This document shows positions 1-12,853 of a stretch of 64,000 bases of DNA, in pieces. The stretch's first letter is position 1; each line of letters begins with the position of its first letter. Position numbers and translations under genes: made by a program. Source of the DNA: Fistulifera solaris. Taxonomy: Eukaryota. The stretch spans positions 1,240,001-1,304,000 of the forward strand of contig AP026127.1 of assembly GCA_030295235.1 (NCBI GenBank), given 5' to 3'. Below the pieces are notes generated by a model. It was not told where the DNA came from, did not search any database, and saw nothing but the letters and a program-made list of their open reading frames with translations.

Positions 1-823
1 ATGTGTAACCTCCAGTGCCGCTTACCGCCAGTTATTAGTCATCTATTCTCATTCATCACACTTTCCAAATGAATGGCTGGACGAACTGAACGTTTGTATC
101 AAGACGTTGATTGCGAGTCAAAGAGCCCGCGATCTCCACAACGTAGATCATTCTACTTATAGAGCTTCAGTTGACGAAGAAGATTGAGCAATGAAAGCTA
201 GTACAACTCTCGGTGTTAATCTCGCACCGATGCATACCTGCATACTTCAATCGTTCGAGATCATCGATCTTCCTGTTGATACTTCAGCTTCATGACTTGC
301 TGAGGTGAATTAGAAGGTATTCCGAGTTCCAATTGCAAGCCTAGTTTCGAGTCGATAGTCAGTGTCGACAAACCCTGCTTGCTGGTATGCAATTTTGTGA
401 CGAGGATGTGTGCAGTTTTGCGTTTTCACTGGTTCACGTTTCCTTCGTCCACTCACGACCCACTCTGTAGAGTGAATACAGTGCCACTACGGCATACGGC
501 ATACGGCACTCAACTGTCCCTAAATCCTAACAGTTGCTACTTTGTAGGTCAGACTGCGTCACGCATGACCTAATTGCCTTCGGCTTTGACTACAAACATC
601 ACGTATTTCTGAGTTCAACCGTGACTAAGCTCTCGATATTTTTAGTACAAAACTGTACTGCGCACTGTTGCACTCCGCTTTTCTCGCTCGTTTTCTGGGT
701 GAAAACTCGCGGCTTGCGGTATTGGCATCTCTCTTTTTCCACCGATTCATTCCAGCGGCCAAAATGTTTCATTGAAAACAGTTGCGGCACGACTACCATT
801 GCAAGCTGCAATCAACCATTTCA

Positions 824-1345
824 ATGAATATGCACCGCATGAGATCCTTCTCTCCTTTTATTGCACCCAACACGGAGAATCCTCCTTGTCCGGTGGTGAC
901 CATTGAAGTGGCACCGTTGGAGGGAATTGATTTTCGACACGCGAGCGCGAACAAGCGAAACAAGGCGCATGGCGGTTTGTCAACAGCGAGTGCGACAGAA
1001 ATCAGCAGCATCAGTACAACGCCATCCTTTGAAAAGTCGGTCAAGGTGAGCTCCTCGCATACCAGAGCCTCGCAAGCTCCTTCTTGTCAATCTCCCGTCA
1101 GCCACAAGAGCCGATCGCGCACGAATCACACATCGGAGGATGGCACGACTGCTCCGGAAATGGAAACGTACAAAGCCATGTTGAAGAAAACGACACGACT
1201 GAGTAAGAAATCACCCATGCGTCAACAGCATCACCTCAGCAAAGAGTCTTTGGCCAATTACAAGGATTTGGTGGCCGTGCAACATCGCGATGCTCGTCGG
1301 AAACACAAGCTTCTGGGTTTGCCTCCGGCGTCTATACAATACTAG
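824..1345 (+). CDS. Hypothetical Ser/basic-rich protein
   Basis: ATG-initiated ORF of about 173 aa with AT-rich flanks; no recognisable domain. Confidence 0.45.
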   Translation: MNMHRMRSFSPFIAPNTENPPCPVVTIEVAPLEGIDFRHASANKRNKAHGGLSTASATEISSISTTPSFEKSVKVSSSHTRASQAPSCQSPVSHKSRSRTNHTSEDGTTAPEMETYKAMLKKTTRLSKKSPMRQQHHLSKESLANYKDLVAVQHRDARRKHKLLGLPPASIQY

Positions 1346-2753
1346 AATTCTTCCCCAAGCATCGCTATGAAGTGTTTTGAATAGAATGAGAATGAGACGA
1401 ACTGCAAAATTATATTACCATAATCTCTAAATCTCGCTTGCTTTTGACAATATCAGTTGAATTACAGGGTACCATGGCTACACTTGTTCTAGCGTTTATC
1501 TTCAATACCCAAATAAGTAATGATGAGTTTGAGACGCGACTATTCATCGTCAATAGCACAAATACTTTTCGAAGCACAAAAACAAAAACTACAATTTGTT
1601 CGATAAAATGGAGACCTTACGCCGCAAAACATTCGACGCCTCACGTACAACAACCCCACTACCTAAGCATAACGTTGAAAATCTATTAGTACCGCTCTCA
1701 GGAAAGCTTAGAGAGCGTTCGAAGGCAGTATACTAGGGTTCCTAATGGTTCGGGAACTTTGTCGAGCTAATTCGGACCCGCCCCCCAAACCGGAGGACCA
1801 ATGGCTGTCCTCCTCACGAATAACTGATGATCCTACATTTCTTTTCTCGGTATTTAGATAGAAGCGATCGAAGCATGTTAATATTTGCAAAGAAAGCCTC
1901 AAATTGGCTTCTTTCCATCGATTTGTGCCCGTTATCCTTTTCATTGAATAATTACTGTAGCCTTTAAGTGTAGATTACTTTTTTCGCGACTGGATTTTAG
2001 TCACGAAACAATTGTCAGTTTTCGAACGCGAATCCCCGTTGTGTTCGTCACAGACAATCATTGACCCAGCCTTTCTTTCCTTCATTCTAAGTAGCCATTG
2101 AAATAAGTTAGTGCTTGCAATACACAATTGTAATGGTTTGTTTTCATCGAATTTTGTTCGATTTTTGCGTCCGATGGAGCTCGTAGCTCGTACTGTACCA
2201 GGTCGGTAGACCTCAAGACCTGAAATTTTCCAAGACTGGATTAAGTCATGAAACATCGCGCGTCGTCGGCTCGCAAAAATAATGCTCGACCATGACAACA
2301 TACAACATATGATGCGAAACAGCAGTACCATAAAACTGCCAAACATTACTCGTGCTTCGTATGCTTGGGATACCTCCATTTGCATTGTAATTAGTGCTAC
2401 TGTCAAGAACTGCATGAATTACTAAACAAAACGGAAAGCGAAAGAAGCTGAAAACAAGAAACAGAAAGTTTCAGCAACGATCTTTCAAAGCGATCTTTTC
2501 TCTCTCGCCACTTTATTATCATCGCCTATTTGTCTTGTTCGATCTTTTTCCATCATGACAAATAGAAAAATCTATTATGGTCTGGAGGCACCCTATCTTG
2601 TGTCAAAAAGTACTACGGTAAAGAAACAAGGAGACAACGGGGAAGCTCCGCAGGAAAGCGGATGCCGCCGCTGGCGGAAATTCCGTCCGCGTTGCTAGCG
2701 TTCACCGACAGATTTCTGCGGCCGGCGAGTCCGCTTTAGGCCGTAGTCCTTCT

Positions 2754-5700
2754 ATGTTGTGGAGAAATCGATCCAGAAAGTCGCTGCAGGGTACGGAAAG
2801 CGAGTCGGACGACGCCAATGGATCTCATCCATCACCCGATCGCAAGGCCAGCGATTCGCAACAAGAAGACCAAGAACCATCTGCGCAAAGTATAACACCG
2901 GACTGGCGTCTGCGCGATCGTATGAAGACGGTCAGTGTAGGACTGGTCTTGTCATTAAATGTGGGCACGGATCCACCCGATATAGTCAAACCACACCCGT
3001 GTGCCGTCTTGCAGTGTTGGATGAACCCTCTTACTGTATCCCGTTCCAAGGCCAAAGAACTCATCGGGGAACGCCTGGAACAACAGTATGCGAAGTGGCA
3101 ATTTGCTAAAAGTACTGGAAATGCGGCAAATCGCCAATCGCGGCATCGTAGGACGATTGATCCGACGGTAGAAGAGGTTCGAAATCTGTGTCTTTCCATG
3201 CGGCGCCAAGCTCGAAACGAGAGAGTTCTGTTGCATTACAACGGGCATGGAGTACCACGTCCAACGGACCACGGAGAAATATGGGTGTTCGATAATATGC
3301 ACACAGAATACATACCGTTGCCCATCACAGATGTCCGTCTATGGATCGGAAAACCGGCTATTGTTGTTTTGGACTGCAGTGCGGCGGGGATTTTGCTACC
3401 TTATCTAACAAAGTCTTTGACGGAAGAGCTTCCGCCAGGTTCACGAGATTCCAATCCAGGTGGCGTTGCATCGGAAGATACCGCAAATCTCTGGGTGAAG
3501 GATACTATTGTCCTGGCGCCGTGTGACGCCAAAGAGATACTACCCATGGATCCGGCATACCCAGCGGACATTTTTACTTCCTGTCTCACGACACCCATCT
3601 ACATGGCGCTTCATTGGTTCTTGCGGCGAACTCCTATGACGGGATTGGATCCATCGATGGTGGAAAAGATTCCTGGCAAAGCAGGCGACCGGAAAACACC
3701 ACTTGGCGAATTGAATTGGATCTTCACAGCGGTAACGGATTCCATCGCTTGGAATGTTCTGCCCAAACATTTGTTTCAGAGGTTATTTCGACAAGACTTG
3801 CTGGTTGCAAGCCTCTTTCGAAACTTCTTACTGGCGGATCGTATTTTGAGACACCTTGGTTGCACTCCGGTGAGTTATCCTGCTCTACCACCGACTGCGG
3901 ATCATCCACTGTGGCAAGCTTGGGATCTTGCATGCGAGACATTACTGTTTCAGCTTGTCAGCGAAGGTTTCTTTGATAATGTTGCGACGGCGAGCGGTAC
4001 GGAGGAGTCCGAAAATGAACCCACGATAGGCCCGAAAGACCCGGTTGCTACGGAATCACCTCCTCAGCAAGAATGCTTGAGCGTAACATCTCCATTTTTC
4101 GCGGAACAACTTACTGCTTTTGAGATTTGGCTTGACTTTGCTGCCATCCACAAAGTCAATCTAGCGTCGGGAAAGCTTCAGCAGTCGCCGGAACAGCTTC
4201 CGGTAGTTCTACAGGTGCTGTTGAGTCAAATGCATCGAATACGTGCATTGACCTTATTGAAACGGTTTCTAGATTTGGGGCCGTGGGCTGTAAACCTGTC
4301 TTTGAGCCTGGGGATATTTCCGTACGTGATGAAACTGCTCCAATCTCCTGAATATAAGAGTCTTTTGGTGAGCATCTGGGCCTCGATCCTAGCATTCGAC
4401 CCTTCGTGTAGAGTGGATTTGTTGAAGGATGGGGCATTTCATCATTTCATTCAGCATCTTATGTGGGGCCTTAAGAGTGAAGGCGCTGTAAATGTCACTG
4501 AAGCCGCCAGAGAAAGGACACTCGCGGCATATATTCTTGCAGTGGCTTGTCACGAGTACCCAGCAGGTCAAGCGGAAAGTGCGAGGCTGAATTTGCATGG
4601 CACATGCTGTGCTTTGCTATCCTCTTACGAACAAGGAGAGCAGAACCAGACAGACGATACTGTCGAGAAGCACCTTCCCGCTCATTTTCGATTGTGGCTG
4701 GTACTAAGCTTGGCAAGCGCTTTAGTTGACAATAGTGGCGTACAAGCGGAAGCTTATGCTGCAGGCGCACACCAAAGACTTGCAGCGCGGATGTCAGACC
4801 AAAATACGCAAGTAAGAGCTGCTGTTTGCTATGCTCTGGGTTCTTTAATTGGAAGAACCTCCAAAGGTTCGCCAAGTCGTTCATCATCCATGCACGACAT
4901 AGCAGGCTTTGTTCGACAACAAATGGGTGGCCAGTCTTCCACACTCGTGCCAGCGCAGCATTTACCGAATGTGATGATGCAAAACCCCGCGACTGGTACT
5001 GGAGGGCTTCAATCTCCTTTCATGCAAGGCATACCGTCGAATTTGTCCTTGGCCCAATCGCAACGGCACCAGGGTCATCATTTAGTCCATCCCGGAAGTG
5101 CAGCTCGCCAACCTGCTCTTAATATTCCTTCAAGTCACATCACACCCCCTGTTCCTACTTTTTGGAATCCCGCGATGCCGACGATGCGAGCTGATGGACA
5201 GCAACAAGCTTTTATAATGCCAATAGGGACAACGCATTCCCAAGCACCCCATGCTAGCTTTCTGCCCTTAGACCCAATTCCTTTTCAGCCCTCTCCACTT
5301 TCAATGGACACGCCGCTCAGAAATAAGCCTTCTATGTATGAAGATACACAGCGGTTGGAGCTGGATCTTTTCGCCATGGACAAATTGATAGTTGGGACCC
5401 ACGATTCTTGCGTGCTGGTTAGATATGAAGCTGTTATCGGACTTTCCTCATGCGTCGCAAAGTATTTGGAATGTTTCATTGCAATAGCTGCTTCCTCAAT
5501 GCCTGATCAAGGAGCAAATACTGAGTATCTAGACACGGATACTGTTGATCGTTTCCGACCCGCTTGGACAAGGCTACGTGCAATTCAGAAGGACGAATTA
5601 CATCCTCGTGTTCTAAGAGCGGCTAAGAGTATTATCAGTGTTGTGCATGAAAACCTTCTTTATCCTGGTGATTATGAAGTGGACGGAAACCGAAAGGCAC

Positions 5701-7348
5701 GACGTAAATCAGATCTACAGACAAACCATACATTGGCAGACCAACTAGCAAGCGTTTTGGCAAACATAGACGAAGAAAACGAAGCAGACACACGCTTAGA
5801 CACTGGTGAAAGCAAATCGCGACCAATGCCAACTCGCCAAACTAGCGATCTGCGCCGGGTTAGTTCCGAGACAATGCATTCTGATGTAGGAATATCTTCT
5901 TTGCCATCAAATTTTGGATCCCAGCCTCAAAAGGTCGACAACGAGGGGGGAAAGATTAAGCTACTCACTACCCAGATCCAATTTCTTTCAGTGGCAAATA
6001 GCATCGTTTGACCACACTTTCTCGGGACAAGCAGAGAACAATGAAGATATAGATCCTCTCAGTCCCGAGGGCGCGACCCGACTTTACCACGAACGTCGAG
6101 TTTTGGCTATCACTGAGAACGCAAGAAGAATGGCTGACCACTACTCGGCACTGGCACCGAAACCACCGAAAGCCGAAAAGAGGGGGAATTGAGTTGATCC
6201 TTCAGGATGACGACGAGGATGCTGTTGGAGCCGTGGACGAAGAGGTCAACGTTAAAAAGCGTGAGCTTGCTTTCAAGGAAGTACACATGTTGCGCAACGA
6301 GGGAGTAAAAATGACATCGATGCTATCTTTCCATCCATTTGAAGATTTCCTCGTTTCTTGTGATTCGAGCGATCAGATTGCAACTTGGGACACTAATTCG
6401 GGAAGGCGCTCGTTAGCATTCAGCAATGAGAATCCTGATGGTACACGCATAACTTCATGCTGCTGGATCAATGAGAAGACTTCGAAAAGCATGGTTTTGG
6501 TGGGTACGGATGACGGAGCAGTTCGGTTGTGGGGCGGGATGATTGACGAAATTGGGATACCAACCGGCACTACATCGCTTGTTACAGCGTTTTCCGCGTT
6601 ACCAATGTCGCTTCCCGTAAGCAGTGGAAGTGGACTCGTCTGCGAATGGCAACCGGAAAAGGGTCGTTTGATTACAGCAGGAAGTAGCCAAATTCTGCGG
6701 AGCTGGGATGTCGAATCGGAACAGATCTCCGTTGAGCTCGAAACGCACACTACGTCTCACATTACTACATTGACGTCAGCGTATGACCCTTTCATGTCTT
6801 CCCCTTCCGGTCTCGGCCCCGATATTATTGTAGCTGGTCTCAGTGATGGCGCCCTTCGAATTTATGATATCCGTAGCCGCCGAACAGCACAAGAATTGCT
6901 CTCAGGACATGGAAGTCGTGGTTCAAAGCGTACCGGAGCGAGGGCAACGCTCTATTCGGAGCACAAGAGCTGGGTTGTCAGAACTGCGTTCACAAATTAT
7001 GCGAACAAAAGTGAGATAGTATCTGGAACGCTGGCAGGTGAGATTAAGTTTTGGGACTTGCGAATGTCATCAAGCATCCGAACCATTGAAGGGCAACGCT
7101 CCACCATGACGACCTTGGCCGTCCACCCTCACATACCAATGCTGGCAACTGGATCACATGCACAGTTCATTAAGATGCTGACTCCCGACGGAGATACGTT
7201 ACAAGTCCTACGATACCATGAAAAGATGGCGAATCATAGGATTGGTCCTGTTAGCTTCGTCGCCTTTCATCCGTTCAAACCTCTTCTGGCTGCCGGGGCA
7301 ACAGATTCAATGATCGGCTTGTATGCACCTATCAAGAAACTTTTCTAA
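2754..7348 (+). CDS. RPTOR: Regulatory-associated protein of TOR (RAPTOR/KOG1), split by two 1-nt insertions in G runs (~5945-5950, ~6182-6186)
   Basis: RNC domain (RDRMKTVSVGLVLSLNVGTDPPD, LLHYNGHGVPRPT, GELNWIFTAVTD), HEAT repeats (PEQLPVVLQVLLSQ), LPRSNFFQW segment in a second frame and WD40 repeats in a third. The N-terminus may extend upstream of 2754. Confidence 0.95.
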
Positions 7349-7399
7349 ATGCATCTTCAAAATTGTTTTTTTTTCTAAAAGAAGCCTTTAGACAGACTA

Positions 7400-8720
7400 T
7401 TACTCTTCCGACTGCATGCCATCCACACGTCGACGTCCTGAAAAACTAAACATATTCCAAAGCCGTTGCTCCCACCGCAGCCTCATGTTCTGACGTGCAA
7501 CAGAATAGTATTGCATTCTCAAGGTCTCCATTGACGCTGTCCAACTCCACGTCTCGGTGTCCAAGCGCGCACGCTGCGCCATTTTGTCTCGCAGACTCGC
7601 ATCTAATTGCAATTGACGAATTCTATTGGCATATTCGTCGGCATCATTCGGTGTGACTAAGAATCCCGTTTCACCATCGCGGATAAGATCTACAAGACCG
7701 CCCGCTCGAGCCGCCACGACGGGGACTCCGCTCGCCATACTTTCCAGTACAACAAATCCCAGCGTCTCCGAAGTACTCGGCATGACAAAGACATCGGCCG
7801 AAGCAAAAGCCTGCGACAATGCCCTACCTTGCAATGGTCCAGTAAAGACAACTCTATTCGTGGGAAGTAAAAGGGAACGCAATTCTTCTTCGTAAGGGCC
7901 AATTCCGATACAACACAAGCGTACATTGGGAGGCAGTCGTTTCATGATTTCAGGAAGCAGATGCAAGCCTTTCTCAGTCGCTATTCGACCGACGTATACT
8001 ACCAAGAAATCTTCTTTGTGACCATCCGTCATGATAGCACGCATCGCCTCATCCTTGTATCGCGGATGGAATGTATTTGTATCCACTCCTTTGGGCCACA
8101 CCATCACCTGATCGATTCCGTGTTGTTGAAATTCTTGTTGAATTTGTGGACTGGTAACAATCGTGAGATCCGCCAGCACGTGATGCACCCAGCGGATCCA
8201 CTGCCACACGATCCATTCGGGAAGTCCGAACAGTTTGGGTAGATACGTTCGCACATAGATGGGTAAATGTGTATGATAGCTCACCAAGAGAGGGATTGAG
8301 AACATACGAGAAATCAAAGCCGCCGAAAGCACCAAGAATCCCGGGGATGACGCGTGTATGATATGCGGTCGATGATGAATTACCGTCCGAAGCGATCGTA
8401 ATGTGTAATCACACGACAATGACATGAGCGGATAATGGGGCAAGCGAAAACCAGCCGTGTAATGAATCGGAAATCCCAGCCACGTTTGAGGCAAATTCAT
8501 TGTGTTGACAACTTCTGTTGTCACTATGTGCACATCATCCTCTAGGTGTTTATCTGCAAGATACTGTAAGAGAGCTTGAAATCGGTTGGCGTAACCCGAC
8601 ATATAGGTAAATGGGGACGGTTCTACGAACAAACACAGTCGGAGGGGGAGTTTTGTCATCTTTTGCGAAAATCATCGGAAATAGAGACAACAAAAGAATC
8701 AACAGAAACGCAGACTGCAT
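7400..8720 (-). CDS. SQD2: GT4 glycosyltransferase, sulfoquinovosyltransferase SQD2-like, with N-terminal signal peptide
   Basis: LFVEPSPFTYMSGYANRF, SYHTHLP, FASADVFVMPSTSETLGFVVLESMASGVPVV. The signal peptide MQSAFLLILLLSLFPMIFA joins in frame if one base of the run at ~8644-8648 is removed. Confidence 0.85.
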
Positions 8721-9255
8721 GGGCGTTTCCACTAACAATTCCCGGTGGAAGACTGTGTCTCATGGAGAACTGTATGGAGTATTAGCGACTAACATAAGCA
8801 GATTGCAACAGAATTAACCCATACGTAAGCTCAATTTATTTATTTTATAAGAAACAAAAAATGCAGACAGCGCAGCTTTTCATTCAGCGGAGACTGGAGA
8901 CTGGAGATTGGAGATGCAAAGTTTATCAAGGACAGGGGGAAATTTGTTTCCGTTGGTAATAATACCTAGGCAATACGGAGTATCACTTAGGGCCAAAATA
9001 CCTGTAAAACTAGATTCTGTTCACACTAAATAAATCTAGCATCAGTTGTCAAATCGTGATTTCAGTACCGGTCTAGTACTTTAGGTCTATAGTAAGGGAT
9101 CACGAATGTCACCCAGCCTTGCATCTCACTCGCTCCTTTCACACATTTTCGAAAATCAAAAACGCGGAGACCCGCTCTCACTTTCACAAAATTACTCACG
9201 ACTTCACAACTGTTTGCACATGAAAAAGTGAGCGACTCAACCGAAAACATTTTTC

Positions 9256-9639
9256 ATGGCCATAAAAACAACAACACACACCAATGCTGTCAACTTTCCT
9301 CCTTCTACCCAGCCACACCATTTAAGAGACGTTTTAATGTTTACTCATCCTCGCCTTCGCTCGTTCTGCTCTTCATCTCCATCCGAAACGCCCAGGAAAT
9401 TTGATCAGTGGAATCAATGGTATGAGAATGCACAAATATCGTCTGGGACACTGCTAGGCAACTCTCCCAAGGATCCGAAACTTCTCAAATTCATGCAACA
9501 GTCACAGCCATATCCATTACCTTATCAAGGTCACGGTTCGGCCACGAGAGATGTTACCGACAGCAACACGGGAAAAGGGGCTGCCGTTTCGGTGCGTGAA
9601 CAAGTTCAAAGGTTCCACAAAAGCCGAATATGTATATAA
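9256..9639 (+). CDS. Possible small hypothetical protein
   Basis: 127-aa ATG ORF only; no motif recognised. Confidence 0.3.
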   Translation: MAIKTTTHTNAVNFPPSTQPHHLRDVLMFTHPRLRSFCSSSPSETPRKFDQWNQWYENAQISSGTLLGNSPKDPKLLKFMQQSQPYPLPYQGHGSATRDVTDSNTGKGAAVSVREQVQRFHKSRICI

Positions 9640-10020
9640 AAGTCTCCTTGTGGTGATGCACGCTATAGGCAATCAGAGGTTTGCGCGTTGGAATAAAAAG
9701 CAAAATTTATACACAGTAGTCTTTGATTCAAGTTCTATTGTTACTCTATTCCCTAACAAAATCTCCGTAACAAATCTTTTGGTTTCCAACTTCAAATTAG
9801 CTCGTTCGTAGTCAGGAAAAAGCCGTTTAGCATTCCCAAAACACAAGCGGACAGAAACTTGTTTGTTTCGTTCTTGATGTCGTGTCAAAGGGATGAGACG
9901 GGCAGAACTTCTTTGTTCAAATTGAGCTCATTGGCATCCTTTAAAATGAAGTAAATTGAAAAACACTGATGGCCAACCGATCGAGCGTTTGATGGGACTC
10001 TGGATTTTAGACGGAGACAG

Positions 10021-10099
10021 GGAGACACGGGAACGCACCTCTGCTTGGTACATTTTTCTACGGGGGCCTACGTGAGTGTACACTTTTTCCCGAACCTTC
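10021..10099 (+). mobile_element. 79-bp non-autonomous element (MITE-like), copy 1, flanked by CAG direct repeats
   Basis: 78/79 identical to the reverse complement of 38387-38465; CAG at 10018-10020 and 10100-10102; imperfect terminal inverted repeats. Confidence 0.85.
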
Positions 10100-10164
10100 C
10101 AGGGGACTGCCCTTGACACGTCGGACCGTTAAGGTTAAAGATCTCCCCATCGCGACAGGCGACG

Positions 10165-11290
10165 ATGGCGATTCGTCCAGAAATTCTGGACCAGAGTATT
10201 TTAGATCCCACCGAAAGGCTGTGCACTATGCACGTTCCAAAACTTCTTGAGACGGTATTTCTGGTCATACAGAAATTCTATGGTAATCCAGAAATTCTGG
10301 ACCAGTTCTTTCGATCCTACCAAAACGCTGTGCACGTTCCAAATATTCTGAACACGTTGTTTGGGATTTGGGATCATAACGAACAAAAGTTGACTTTCCA
10401 GAAAGTCTGGAAAAAGGTATTTCTGGTCATACTGAAATTCTATGGTAATCCAGAAATTCTGGACCAGTTCTTTCGATCCTACCAAAACGCTGTGCACGTT
10501 CCAAATATTCTGAAAACGTTGTTTGGGATTTGGGATCATAACGAACAAAAGTTGACTTTCCTGAAATTCTGGAAAGTTATCTCTGGTCATAGAGAAATTC
10601 TGTGGTGGTCCAGAAATTCTGGAACAGTGTTTTTCGATCCCACCGAAACGCTGGGCACGTTCCAGGACTTCTTGAGACGGTGTTTAGGATCATAACGAAA
10701 GAAAGTGCACATTCCAGAAATTCTGGAAAATTGTGTTTCGGATCATAACTAACAAAAGTTGAATTTCCAGATATTCTGGAAAGTTATCTCTGGTCATAGA
10801 GAAATTCTGTGGTGGTCCAGAAATTCTGGACCCGTGTTTTTCGATCCCACCGAAACGCTGTGCACGTTCCAGGACTTCTTGAGACGGTGTTTAGGATCAT
10901 AACGAAAGAAAGTGCACATTCCAGAAATTCTGGAAAATTGTGTTTCGGATCATGACGAACAAAAGTTGACTTTCCAGAAAGTCTGGAAAAAGGTATTTCT
11001 GGTCATACTGAAATTCTGTGGTGGTCCAGAAATTCTGGACCAGTTCTTTCGATCCCACCGAAAGGCTGCGCACGTTCCAGGACTTCTTGAGACGGTGTTG
11101 AGGATCATAACGAAAGAAAGTGCACATTCCAGAAATTCTGGAAAATTGTGTTTCGGATCATAACGAACAAAAGTTGACTTTCCTGAAATTCTGGAAAGTT
11201 ATTGCTGGTCATACAGAAATTCTGTTGTGGTCCAGAAATTCTGGACCCGTGTTTTTCGATCCCACCGAAACGCTGTGCATGTTCCAGAAC
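10165..11290. repeat. Tandem satellite of ~52-bp monomers organised as ~162-bp and ~207-bp higher-order units, core CCAGAAATTCTGG
   Basis: Monomer starts GGTCA/GATCA at 10263, 10313, 10372, 10425 ... 10585, 10637, 10688, 10741, 10792; units nearly identical. Confidence 0.95.
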
Positions 11291-11539
11291 TTCTTGGGAC
11301 CCACGATTGTTGCGAGCTGGTTGGTTACGAAGCTGTTATCGGACTTTCTTCATGTGTCGCAAAGTATTTCAATTACCGAGTTTTTCGATAAAGCTACCGT
11401 TGTTCGTTTCTGGCCCGCGAGCGGTGGCGATAAAACTATTAATGAGTAAAATTTTTCTTGATACTTGTAATTAAAATGCTATCGACACGAAAAATCCATC
11501 ATCAAGTATCATGCGGCGGTGACTGTAGATGCGACTCTA

Positions 11540-11950
11540 TTAAGACGGTACATTAGAACGTCGTTGGATCGAGGAGGAAGCTGCATGCGCAAGACTCTCT
11601 AATTCTGCCCGCATGCGATCGCTGGCCTTGTCGACTTCCGTGATACGTTCTTTTTGAGCTCTGATGATTGCGTCTAACGCTTCGTTGGATTCCCTGAGGT
11701 TTGAACGTGCAGCTTTTATGCTAATCTCGAAACGAGCTTTGGCAGCTTCTTTGCGAGCAGCACCGTCAGCTTCGGTGTATTCCACGCGATATAAATTTAC
11801 AATATCATCGCAAAGCCTGGCGTAAGTCTCTGCAACCTCGAGCTTCTTCTCGCTAGCAGAGTTCATGACCTGGCATGCAACGCGTTTTTCTTCGAACGCA
11901 TTCACTTCCAGATTACCCAAGGCATTCATGCAAGCTCGATAGTTCTCCAT
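11540..11950 (-). CDS. Hypothetical coiled-coil protein
   Basis: 136-aa ATG ORF with helical Ala/Glu/Arg composition; TATA-like run upstream at ~12107. Confidence 0.55.
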   Translation of the reverse strand: MENYRACMNALGNLEVNAFEEKRVACQVMNSASEKKLEVAETYARLCDDIVNLYRVEYTEADGAARKEAAKARFEISIKAARSNLRESNEALDAIIRAQKERITEVDKASDRMRAELESLAHAASSSIQRRSNVPS

Positions 11951-12853
11951 ATTTACTTTTGTAACAGTGCTCTACTTTACAAGCTGTTTCTTTTGTGGGA
12001 ATGCGCTGCATTTGTGGGCGTGTTGTGTTGTTTTCCTTGGAAAAGAGGAGATCTTCAGAAGGTTTTGGCGATTTTCATTCGTCTCCGACACTGCTGGCGA
12101 CCATCCTATATATAAGGATATGTAGACAACATTGATAAAACCTTTCCTATGTATCTCACCTGATATTGCTTACTTACATGATGAATTACACGCGAAGCAA
12201 TTCCTTTGGAAACACAGGCTGCCGGATTTCCTAAGTGTTTCCGGTCGTGGGAGTCGATTTAGCCGCTGGGAAGCGAACATTTAGGACGGGCTCGCGCGTC
12301 GTCTGCTTCTCATGACGGCGGAGAGGAGGAGTTTTTGTGCGGTGATAAAGCCGTAGAGGCGGCCGACATGTGCTGGGAATGAGCTTAGAAGATATATATA
12401 TTTAATGGAACTCTTGTGTTTATGTTTCAATTGAGCCACATGCGACATCGTAGAGGCTCCGCGGAAGCGAGCCGCGAAGCTCGAAACGCAACTACTCATC
12501 ACGTAGCCGCTTCTGCAGCAATCCGGCCGAAAACGACACATCACACTGGGATGTGAGACTACTTTGGTTGACTGACGTTTCAAAATCAAGCAAGCAATGA
12601 TTATAGAGAATAGAAGGCGTTTCCCAGCAAAGAAATGTTGGGTCGACCCGAAAAAGGAGATGCGCAAAATGCCCATTACCGGTAGGATGTCCTCCGTATC
12701 GCAAACCGCAAACTGCATGCGGAGTAACTTTTTATTGATATTGAACGACAATATATAATTGTAGCTTAGCCAGTTCGCAGAAGGAACGGTGGTTGTATAA
12801 TCACTAGTTGTCTGGTAGCTTCATAACCAAAACAAGCGATATTCATTCCGGAA

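Noticed and set aside
5940..6195. Programmed +1 frameshifting in RAPTOR
   Set aside because: Both breaks are in G homopolymers, and other genes break at different bases and in both directions; error is more parsimonious.
10165..11290. CRISPR-like array of palindromic repeats
   Set aside because: The intervening sequences are themselves repeated, there are no cas genes, and the context is eukaryotic.
10165..11474. ORFs with repeated peptides in the satellite
   Set aside because: By-products of the tandem repeat; frames break between units.
12230..12751. Minus-strand ORF or structured RNA in a GC-richer intergenic patch
   Set aside because: No protein motif or recognisable RNA family.
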